Assembly: GCA_030324005.1 (NCBI GenBank)
Contig: JARDVH010000073.1
Location: forward strand, 83,918,934 to 83,982,933
DNA from: Negaprion brevirostris
Taxonomy: Eukaryota
Direction: 5' to 3'
Length of the DNA stretch: 64,000 nt
Below, in pieces: positions 39,080 to 49,590 of this stretch (its first letter is position 1; each line of letters opens with the position of its first letter). Position numbers and translations under genes: made by a program. The notes beneath the pieces are model-generated. The model did not search any database. It was not told the origin of the DNA and saw nothing but the letters and a program-made list of their open reading frames with translations.

Positions 39080-39490
39080 AAAAAGTGAAACCGTGAATGC
39101 TGGAATTCTGAAATTAAAAAAGAACAAATACCACAAATATGAGGATCAGTTACTACCCGAATGAGAAAGAAGGGTTACAATTTTGGAGAGAGAAACAGAA
39201 TTAACGTTTCAAGTCTAAATGGCCTTCCTGTAGAAGAGTCATACGGACTTGATACATTGAGCGGGATTTCATGGCCTTGCTCGTCCTGAAACCATAAAAT
39301 CCCGTCCGAGATCGACGGACCTTTTCGTGGTCCACCCCTTGCCCGCTTCAATTCCCGAGGCGGGCAGGGTAGAAAAATTCCAGCTGCCAATTCTGTTTCT
39401 CTTTCCACAGATGCTGCCAGATCTGATTAACCTAACCAGCATTTTCTGTTTTTATTTCAGATTTCCAGCATCCGCAGTGTTTTTCTTTTA
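39080..39490. mobile_element. Penelope-derived palindromic element with a MITE (39261-39385) inserted in its centre
   Basis: Arms aatgctggaattctgaaattaaaaaaga / tttctgtttttatttcagatttccagcatcc, and ggagagagaaacagaatt / aattctgtttctctttcc. Confidence 0.65.
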
Positions 39491-41489
39491 TTATAATTTT
39501 GGATATGGCTCTTCGTTTGAATCCTTGGTTATGTTGTTTAGTTATGTTGTCCTTAAGCAGGACAAAGTATAAACTTGTGTGTGACATTTTCAGAATCTGC
39601 TGCTTGCTACACATGCGTACCATGCATAAGTAAGGAGCAATTGTTCACTACTTTGCACATTTATTTTGGCTGAATTCCTGTGTTACTTTCTAAAAGTAAT
39701 GGCACAATTAAGGAAAGTGCAAAGCCACCAAATGAAATATTATTCATCTTAATTTTGATATTGGGAATATCTTTCAGTCAGTCTTTCAAGTTGAGAACAG
39801 CTAGCTGTGAACTCCTTTTGCACACTATGGAAGCTGGAAGATCACCCATCTCAATTTGCAATGTGTTTGAAGGATGAAGTTCAGGTCAACAGGACAAGAG
39901 CTTGTTTTTCAGCGATGTTAATGCCATGTGAATGTCAAGGGGAAGCAATTGCATTCTCTCTTTTGGAGATGGTCATTGCCTGGTACTTGTGTGGCACAAG
40001 TGTTATTTGCCACTTACCAGCCCAAGTCTAACATGTTCCGATGTTTCATATGTTCTTTCATATCTGTCCATTCTCTCCTAGGACAGGCTCTAGCCCAAGT
40101 TTCACACAAGATTCTTCAGCCATGTGAAGAATAGCTGAGGTGTTTTCCTGCTGAATTCCTCTTGGCTTTCATCCATTAGAGCATCTTCTTTTGGATTACC
40201 TTCCCCTGGGTGAGCTGCAACAATGGCCAAGGAGTCTCACCTACCCTTTACAACAAATGAGGGTTGGGACTTTCCAGCTGTTATGCCTGTGGAATTCTCC
40301 AGTCCCGCTGGCAGCACACTCCAGTCTGTGGGTTTCCTACCAATGAGGGGTGACCTCAGTGGGAATTCCAGTAAATTCTGCCAATAGCAAGCAATGCACC
40401 ATTTCCTGCCAGCGTGAAACACATGGCTGGGAGGCTGGAAAATCTCATCTGTGGCTTCCCACCCCCCATTAAATTCTATACCCAAGGACTGCTAGTCTCA
40501 TCTCCACATTTTGAAAATAGCTGGATGAGGCATGAATAAAAACCTTCTGATTCTAGTTGCTCTGAGTTATTAGTTGCTCTGTCTGGATGGATGACTTGGG
40601 AGGAAATGCTACCATTAAGCTAAAGCTCACTCCCTTCTTTCATCTATGCCCACTCAATAAAGTTAATATATAGATTTATTTAATAAATTTGTTTATTTAA
40701 CCATATATTGTTTAGGGTATAAAACATGTATAGACAGACATTCTGCTTTGAAGTCTTTACTCTCCCTGCCAGTTAGCCCAGCTGCCTGCTGATTGTGTTT
40801 TACATGTTGAGATGAACACTTATTGAATTTTTCAGATGTGTTTTTTTTGTAACGTTTCATGGCCAGGACTGTTATGTCACTGGTGGATATAAAATTAACC
40901 TATTATTAAAGAACAGTAGTGAAGACAGAACTTTCCAAACTGGTGCTGTCACAAAATTGTAATTCTGGACCTCTGTCAGTGGCCCTAGGCAGGCCAGGAT
41001 TTGAGGTCCATGATTTGGACCTTTCAGTTCGCACGTAACATTCATATGGATTTCAGTCCCATTCTCCTATTCAATTTTCTCAGTAACAGATTCACCTTTC
41101 TCAACACTGATCGCTAATCGTGTGGTCTCTTCAGTGTATCAACTATTGGTGAACATGAGCAATCCCATTATCGCTATTCTGAGTTTTCTTAATTCTTGTG
41201 TCATGTAATTTAGATTGCACTTGAAGTTTAAGTATCCTACTTACCTTTAAATGATTCATGTCTCTCAGCATTTTGAATATCTAATTCAAATCTCATATCA
41301 ACTAAGTAAGTTCATCTGAGTCTCTCTTTTCACAATACAACCCTGTTACCCGGATATTTTTTGAAGGTAAGACAGTAAGTGCTTCCTTATTTGCAATAGT
41401 AAATGAATGTATTTGTTAAAACATTAAGTTTAAATATGGGCTTAAAAACACAAGTAGCAAGAAGAAAAACCCAAAGAGGTAATGGACTG

Positions 41490-42315
41490 GTTTATACTGA
41501 GGGGATGGGCACTCCGTACCCCAGCGTAAATGTTGGGGTAGAGCCTACCTTCACTTGGCTGATTCATCCCACTTTAATTTTTCGGCAATTGGCTTTTAAT
41601 TGTTATGAGCCTAGACTTCTGTCCAGGAAGTCCTACCCAAAAGAACTGCTGGCTAATTGGAAGCTGGCAACTCTTCAGCACAGGCTATACCACTGGGAGC
41701 AGCAGCCAATGCCGGTAGTGCAGCTAGATGAAGGAGGAGGCAATCAGCAACGGATTTGGACCTCCAGTGATCTCAGGCAGATCCTGGCAAGAGGTATGAG
41801 GGGGTTGGGGGAAATGATGGGCAAGGCAAGGGGAGAGAGTGAAGTTGGCAGGGAAAGCCAAGGATAACTCCAATTAGCACNNNNNNNNNNNNNNNNNNNN
41901 NNNNNNNNNNNNNNNNNNNNNNNNNNNNNNNNNNNNNNNNNNNNNNNNNNNNNNNNNNNNNNNNNNNNNNNNNNNNNNNNAGCACTGGGGACCTGGAATG
42001 GAGGCAACTTGCCCCCACCGCCCAAACAATCCTCCTCCTTTCACTGCAGGGGTATCCCTGCTGGGGTTCATGTTGGGTGCAAATTTCTCTCACCACCTTC
42101 TAAACCTGAACAGCAGGGAAGAGGTAATTATGTCGACATTAATTTGATCATGAGCGGCCGGACTACTTGATGCCTCCTCTGCTGCTGGTAAAGTTTCAGT
42201 GGGGCCGGGTCTGGGAAGCTGGCAGTGACTGGCAGCAGGTGCACTGCCAATGACACATCACCTGAATTTACACCCATTTGCTTACTTCCCCATGGAAGGT
42301 TCATAATACCCAGCC
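41490..42315. mobile_element. GC-rich MITE-like element
   Basis: GC-rich block with degraded inverted termini (ggtttatact... / ...ataatacccagccc). Confidence 0.4.
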
Positions 42316-42757
42316 CAATGTTATAAAGGGTAATACTAAAATATCTCCCAATAATACTGTAGGGATAAAAGGTACTGAAATTAAAAACAGGCTGGAGTAA
42401 ATTATTTTGGTGGTAATAAGTTAAACACCAACTTAATGTTAATTACATGTACGACAGTTCACGAGTAAGCGGAAACATAAGCATTTAAACAATTAGAACA
42501 CATACAGTGCCATCTGGTGTCTGCAGAGCTATGCAATTATTACATTGAATTAAAATATTAAGGTACAAACATGTTAGTGGCATGTTGAAGCAAACAGCAT
42601 TGTAATTTTCTAAATTTATGTCCCATTGAAAAGGAAAATGAGGCAAAATAACAAATCATTTGATAAATATTTCTCAAAAATTAGTTGATAAAGCAGTCCT
42701 TACATTTGAACTCCCTGGCCAGAAGTTTCTGCTTAGTTGAGCTGGGTGTTTTGGCAC

Positions 42758-43326
42758 GATGTGGAGATGCTGGCGTTGGACTGGGGTAAACACAGTAAGA
42801 AGTCTGACAACACCAAGTTTAAGTCCAACCGTTTTATTTGACAGTACACTCACAAGCTTTTGAAGTTCCAACCTCGAGATCTCAACAGGGATCTTGGGTT
42901 CATGTCGCACTATCTGTAACCCCCATGACTGGCCTGGGCTTGCAAAACCTCACTTCCTGTACTGTCTGGAGACAATACACATCTCTTTAACCTGTGCTCA
43001 GTGCTCCTTCCACTCACATTGTTAGCCACTTTANNNNNNNNNNNNNNNNNNNNNNNNNNNNNNNNNNNNNNNNNNNNNNNNNNNNNNNNNNNNNNNNNNN
43101 NNNNNNNNNNNNNNNNNNNNNNNNNNNNNNNNNAACACCAGGTTTAAGTCCAGCCGATTTATTTGATGGTAAACTCACAAGCTTTCGAGGTTCCTCTCTT
43201 CGTCTGAGGCCTGTCTGAGGCCAGGACTCTCCATTCACCTGATGAAGAGGGGAACCTCAAAAGCTTGTGAGTTTACTGTCAAATAAATCGGTTGGACTTA
43301 AACCTGGTGTAGTCAGACTTCTTACT
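42758..43326. mobile_element. Penelope-like element insertion (pLTR copies in tandem and inverted arrangement) with a 12-bp direct flank repeat
   Basis: gtgttttggcac at 42746-42757 and 43327-43338; inverted repeat 43134-43210 vs 43235-43310; GIY-YIG C-terminal coding piece LNRDLGFMSHYL at 42881-42916. Confidence 0.8.
43235..43270 (+). ncRNA. Minimal hammerhead ribozyme motif (one core substitution)
   Basis: TCAC-CTGATGA-A-GAGG(GGAA)CCTC-AAAA-GCTT-GTGA: stem I TCAC/GTGA, stem II GAGG/CCTC, palindromic AAGCTT stem III. GAAA is mutated to AAAA. Confidence 0.6.
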
Positions 43327-44404
43327 GTGTTTTGGCACACCAGGACAACAGATTTTAAGTACAATATAAATTTAGAGGAATTAGAGTTTCCACAATCTTT
43401 TGTTCTTGTTTAAAACACTGCACTAGAAGTTATACCAAACATATTTGGCTATGCCCTCAGATTGAATTAATCACCATTGTGAATTTAAACTGTGTGATGT
43501 CGAGAAGAAATTAAGTATAGTTCTTGGGGCCAAAGGGACCAAGAGTTATAGAGGAATCAGGATATTGAATTTGATGAGCAGCCATAATCAAAATGAATGG
43601 CAGAACGGGCTCAAAGGCCAAAAACTTACGCCTGCTTCTAGGGTTTCTATGTTTCTATGTGACCATTTGTAAGGCTTCAAAGGTGCTCTAAAAGTTAAGC
43701 TGTTTTTAACTTCAAGGATACGAATAGACTCACTTGCAAATTTTTGTATAACTTTATTAATAAATTGCTTTGTACCAATGTAACTGGCAAATTGTTCTGT
43801 GTAGTTTTTGAAAGTTGTTTCCAGTTATTAAAAATGGTGTTATATACAGGTAGTGGACGAGACACTCTGAGTAAAATTTTGACTATATGTCTATTTTTGG
43901 CTTTATTGATTAAATTGAAGAGAGTTACACATTTTGTTAAATCAAAGAGTATTTCTAACATAAACTTGAAGAAAAATGATGTTGTAAAGTGTGGCGTCAA
44001 TTGAGTTAGTTGATGGCAGCTCTTGCATTTAGCAAAAATCTGGAAGAATTTGGGATGTAATTTGCATCTTGGATGCCAATTGTGCCCACAATGTAAGCTC
44101 TACTCTTTAAACTTTACTACATTATGGGGGATTCAAAAAGATCTAAGCTAGTACTTTAGAGAACTAATAACAGACTATGAGGTAAGAGTATACCAGCTTT
44201 TATAATACTGAATGAAGTGTCTGTGTTTTTCTGCAGTTACTGGGCAATCAAACAAGTGAGAAAATCCCATGGCTGCAGGAAGACATTGCACTCCCCAGCC
44301 GATGGCATCCTCTGCCATTTCATGAGATTTCCTCCTTGCCAGCCTGCTGCCAAAGAGTTGGTAAAATACAGCCCTCGTTGTCTGAGGAGGAGTAGTGAGT
44401 TAGT

Positions 44405-45400
44405 TTTATTTATTGATTTTTAATCATTTACGGGATGTGGGCATTGCTGTCTAGGTCAGCATTTATTGCCCATCCGTAGCTGCCCTTGAGAAGATGGCAG
44501 TTAGCTGCCTTCTTAAACCGCTGCAGTCCCTGAGCTGTGGCACACTAGATTGCTGTTTGGAAGGGAGTTTCAGGATTATGGCCCAGAGACATATATTTCC
44601 AAGTCAGGATGGTGATTGACTTGGAGGAGATCTTCCAGGAGGTGGTTTTCACTGATTTCTGCTGCTCCTGTCCTTCTAGAAGTCTTACAACACCAGGTTA
44701 AAGTCCAACAGGTTTATTTGCAATCATGAGCTTTCAGAGCACTGCTCCTTCATCACTTTCCTCATAACGGGGTGTTGTAAGACCTCTTACTGTGCTCATC
44801 CCAGTCCAACACCGGCATCTCCACAAATCGTCCTTCTAGATTATAATGGGTTTGGAAGGTGCTGCCAAAGGAATCTTGGTGAGTTCCTGCAGTGCATTGT
44901 GTAGATGGTATTATTCATCAGTGGTAGAGGGATTGATTGTTTGTGGAAAGGGGTTACAATCAAACAGGCTTCTTTGTCTTGGATGGTGCCAAGCTTCTTC
45001 AGTGTTGTGGGAACTGCACTTGTCCAAGTAGAGAGTATTCCATTATACTCCTGACTTGTGTCCTGGAGATGTTGGACAGTTTTAAGGAGTCAGGAGGTGA
45101 GTTATTCACTACAGGATTCCTAGGCTTTGACCTGCTCTTGTAGCCACAGTATTTATATGGTTAGTCCAGTGCAGTTTCTGGTCGATCATAACCCCTTCTC
45201 CAATGAACATTAGTGAACCAGATGGGTTTTTGATGATTGTCACTGTCATATTACTGAAACTATCTTTATATTCCAGGTTTATTCATAGAATTTAAATTCC
45301 AGCAGCTGTTATGTTGGATATTGCACCAATGTCCTCACAGCATTTGCCGGTGCTTCTGGATTACTAGTCTAGTGACATAACCAATACACCACCATCTCCC
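44405..45400 (-). mobile_element. CR1/L2-superfamily LINE 3' fragment
   Basis: Collinear with 10160-10630 and 63235-63590; interrupted at 44681-44829. Confidence 0.7.
44681..44829. mobile_element. Short Penelope pLTR insertion with an 11-bp target-site duplication
   Basis: gtccttctaga at 44670-44680 and 44830-44840; internal inversion agtcttacaacacc / ggtgttgtaagacc; minus strand reads gTGATGAaggagcagtgctctGAAAgctc. Confidence 0.8.
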
Positions 45401-45785
45401 CAATTCCAAAATTTCATCCAAAATATCAACCTATCTTTCTTCTTCAGATACAAATGACCCATTGTGTGTTTCACATACTGGTTGTTTTTACTTCAAGCTT
45501 TTGCATTCTTTATTATATCTTTTGGAGTACTGCATCTGGATTGGTGTATCTGCCGACAGATATGTGAATACTTATATATTCTGAAAATCAGGTGAATTTA
45601 TTTTCATTAAAAAGAGGAATTTGTGTGTTTTCACAAAATGAGACCCATGTTAAGAACTGGTGTGTATGTTCTCAGTCATCGTTCCCCATGACACAAAAAG
45701 TGACTTGAATGTTTTATGCCTGCAAACATTACAAAAAGTACAGATAGCTTATTCAATGGTCTGGAGTGGAATGCAGAGTGATAAT

Positions 45786-46000
45786 TGTTGTGTACTGTGA
45801 TATGGATGCTAGGAAGCATGGAGGGGTAAAAACTAATGGAGCTTTATGTACAAGGTTTGTTCACTACAGGCTGCTTCTTCACTGTGGTGGTTTCCTGCGC
45901 TAGCGACCGCTGACATCACTTCCAGTGATGATATGCATATATTATTACACAGTGCTTACTGCAACTAATAAGACCCAATGCTGAACATGCCCAAAAATTT
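45786..46000 (-). repeat. 3' LTR of the Gypsy element
   Basis: Direct repeat of 53198-53411; begins tgttgtgtact vs tgttgtctact. Confidence 0.75.
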
Positions 46001-46317
46001 CAAAGAGAGTGTAACAGAAACAATAATCAATAACAATAATCAATAAATCAGATGGTTTGGAGGTCATTGGTCATTGCTCTTGGAACAGTTGATGATGTCT
46101 TTTTCTTTGCAATGTTTGAAAACTGATGTTTTCACCTTTGCCATGAACATTATCAGTGGCTGCTTTAACTAGTGTCGACACTGTAACTAAAGGTATCTGT
46201 CAGTGTCACGGTTTCAGGAAAGTTCAAGTCAGGACTTTATACAGTTGAATTTGAATTTGAATTTTCAACAGGTTTCATTTCTGGCGGATCAGTTCTCCAG
46301 CAACAGCTGGTCCACAT

Positions 46318-46399
46318 GCCACAGCAGAGACTGATAGCCAAGTTCCGCACACATGAGGATGGTCTCAACAGGGATCTTGGGTTCATGTCGCACTATCTG
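46318..46399 (+). mobile_element. Penelope-like GIY-YIG endonuclease C-terminal fragment nested in Gypsy pol
   Basis: QQRLIAKFRTHEDGLNRDLGFMSHYL; the 3' part is identical to 42880-42916. Runs into a gap. Confidence 0.7.
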
Positions 46400-46579
46400 N
46401 NNNNNNNNNNNNNNNNNNNNNNNNNNNNNNNNNNNNNNNNNNNNNNNNNNNNNNNNNNNNGGGGGGGGGCATTCTTACCAAAAAAAAATTCTAAGTGCCA
46501 AATGAGCATGAAAACGGGAGAGAAATGTACATTTTGTGCGAATTAAACATTGAATCTTTCAACACTTTGAGGAAAAAAA

Positions 46580-47218
46580 TTAAACAAGATCTATTTTTTG
46601 GGGGCAGGGGAAGGGTGGGGTCTAAGCTCACTGAAAGCCAGCAGCTTGTAGCAGAAGAGGGTGCCAATGCACATGTGCAAATCTGCCTGTTGTGTACAAT
46701 AGCACAGAACAGAGAGAGATCTGTCAATCTTCTTCCCCCAACTATCTGTGGCCAGTCACCGCACCCCAACGCCCCCAGCCCTCCTGCAGGGACCAAATGG
46801 GCCTGCCCACTGACAGGCTGATCATCTCACCACACCTCCCCCCCCCACCCCCCACTCTGCAACTGGGCGATAGTTGGTTGCAGAGTGCACAACTTTCCAG
46901 CCCCCTGATCTCCATTGCAGAGTGCAGTGTCCCTCTGCCTTATATCCTGTCCCCTAGGAACTGCTTGGTGTCCAGTGGGCAGTGCCAGGGTGCCAGGTAC
47001 CCCATGCTCCCACTCCTAGGGAGGGCTTCAATATCAGTGAGACCATCACAACAGGTCCCCACTGATGGGGACCATATGTGATCCTTGCCCGGATATCCAA
47101 TGCTGGTAAGATCGCAAGAGATGAGAAATCGGGCATGCACCCCATTTTTTTGCACTCTCACGATTTCATTGGCTTGTCCCACCCTTCAACCAGTGGGACA
47201 AGAAGATAAGAATGCCCC
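46580..47218. mobile_element. GC-rich MITE-like element nested in Gypsy
   Basis: GC-rich block with gtgcc/ggcac motifs ending ...aagaatgccccc. Confidence 0.5.
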
Positions 47219-47661
47219 CCATGCTGTTTTGCTTTACTTTTCTGATATTCTGTTTGTCTTTGTTGCTTCTATTGAACAGTTTCTTTTGATTTGGGAGGTT
47301 TCAATAAGTCGAATGCCGAATGTAATGCAGGAGAGACTTTAGTTGTTAGAAGAGTGGTATTTCTATTAATCAGCAGGAATTAATTAAGGTGTTTGATCAG
47401 CAAAACTTGTTCCCTGGTGGATCTCAATGTGTGATTCATGGTGGGAACAAAAAGCTCTGCCATTTCATTCGTAGCAAGATGGCATGTTGCAAACCTAATA
47501 TGTTGCATAACATTCTCTTTCAAGAAACAATTGAATTCTTGGGAGACAAATTGAGGTCTGTTGTCACTTACCAGTTGCTCAGAGAATCCAAATCTACTCA
47601 CCATTTCTCCTAGCCTCTCAATTATCTTTTCTGATGGAGTTGACTTGATTATAAGGCCATC

Positions 47662-49590
47662 AAACCATAAGACATAGGAGCAGAATTAGGCCATTTGGCC
47701 CATTGAGTCTGCTTCAACATTCAAGCATGGCTGATATTTTTCTCATCCCCTTCTCCTGCCTTTTCCCCATAATGCCTGATCCCCTTAAAAAAAAGAACCT
47801 ATTTATCTCTGTCTTAAAGATACTCAATGGCCTGTCCTCCACAACTTTCTGCGGCAAAGAATTCCACAGATTCACCACTCTCTGGCTGAAGAAATTCCTT
47901 CTCATCTCGCTTTTAAAGGATCTTACCTTNNNNNNNNNNNNNNNNNNNNNNNNNNNNNNNNNNNNNNNNNNNNNNNNNNNNNNNNNNNNNNNNNNNNNNN
48001 NNNNNNNNNNNNNNNNNNNNNNNNNNNNNNNNNNNNNNNNNNNNNNNNNNNNNNNNNNNNNNNNNNNNNNNNNNNNNNNNNNNNNNNNNNNNNNNNNNNN
48101 NNNNNNNNNNNNNNNNNNNNNNNNNNNNNNNNNNNNNNNNNNNNNNNNNNNNNNNNNNNNNNNNNNNNNNNNNNNNNNNNNNNNNNNNNNNNNNNNNNNN
48201 NNNNNNNNNNNNNNNNNNNNNNNNNNNNNNNNNNNNNNNNNNNNNNNNNNNNNNNNNNNNNNNNNNNNNNNNNNNNNNNNNNNNNNNNNNNNNNNNNNNN
48301 NNNNNNNNNNNNNNNNNNNNNNNNNNNNNNNNNNNNNNNNNNNNNNNNNNNNNNNNNNNNNNNNNNNNNNNNNNNNNNNNNNNNNNNNNNNNNNNNNNNN
48401 NNNNNNNNNNNNNNNNNNNNNNNNNNNNNNNNNNNNNNNNNNNNNNNNNNNNNNNNNNNNNNNNNNNNNNNNNNNNNNNNNNNNNNNNNNNNNNNNNNNN
48501 NNNNNNNNNNNNNNNNNNNNNNNNNNNNNNNNNNNNNNNNNNNNNNNNNNNNNNNNNNNNNNNNNNNNNNNNNNNNNNNNNNNNNNNNNNNNNNNNNNNN
48601 NNNNNNNNNNNNNNNNNNNNNNNNNNNNNNNNNNNNNNNNNNNNNNNNNNNNNNNNNNNNNNNNNNNNNNNNNNNNNNNNNNNNNNNNNNNNNNNNNNNN
48701 NNNNNNNNNNNNNNNNNNNNNNNNNNNNNNNNNNNNNNNNNNNNNNNNNNNNNNNNNNNNNNNNNNNNNNNNNNNNNNNNNNNNNNNNNNNNNNNNNNNN
48801 NNNNNNNNNNNNNNNNNNNNNNNNNNNNNNNNNNNNNNNNNNNNNNNNNNNNNNNNNNNNNNNNNNNNNNNNNNNNNNNNNNNNNNNNNNAGCAACAGTG
48901 CCTTCAGTTCCTTCTTCCAAATTGTTAATGTATATTGTGAAAAGTTGTGGTCCCAGCACTGACCCCTGCAGCGCATCACTAGTCACCAGCTACTATCCTG
49001 AAAAAGACCCCTTTATCCCCACTTTCTGCCTTCTGCCAGTCAGCCAATCCTTTATCATGCCAGGATCTTACCCTTAACACTATGGGTGCTTAGATTATTT
49101 AACAGTTTCCTATGCGGCACCTCGTCAAAGTCCTTCTGGAAATCTAAGTAAATCATGTCCACTGGGTCTCCTTGATCTAACTTCCTTGTTACCTCCTCAA
49201 AGAACTCTAACATATTTGTCATACATGACCTCCCCTTGACAAAGCTGTGACTCAGCCCTATTTTTTCATGCACTTCCAAGTATTCCGCAATCTCATCTCT
49301 AATAATGGAATCTACAATCTTGCCAATGACTGAAGTCAGGCTAACTGGCCTTTAATATCCTGCCTGCTGTCTCCCTCCCTTCTTAAACAGCTACATTACA
49401 GTCCTCTGAGACCCTCCCTGCCACCAATGATTCCTGAAAGATCCCCACAATTTCCTCAGCTATCTCTTTTAGAACTCTGGGGTGTAGTCCATCCAGTCCA
49501 GGTTAATTATCCACCTTTAGACCTTTCATTTTCCCCAGAACCTTCTTCTTTGTGATGGCCACTGCACTCACATTCTCCTGGAGATTCTAA
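47662..49590 (-). mobile_element. CR1 LINE inserted into the Gypsy integrase (contains a ~960-N gap)
   Basis: YLDFQK.FD.VPH, QGSVLGP, RNFFSQRVVNLWNSLP. Integrase frame VDAHSKW (~49600) resumes at ~47655. Confidence 0.88.

Noticed and set aside
42758-43326. Repeated ~75-bp units that might be read as a CRISPR-like array
   Set aside because: Eukaryotic context; units are inverted or tandem Penelope pLTR copies without regular spacers.
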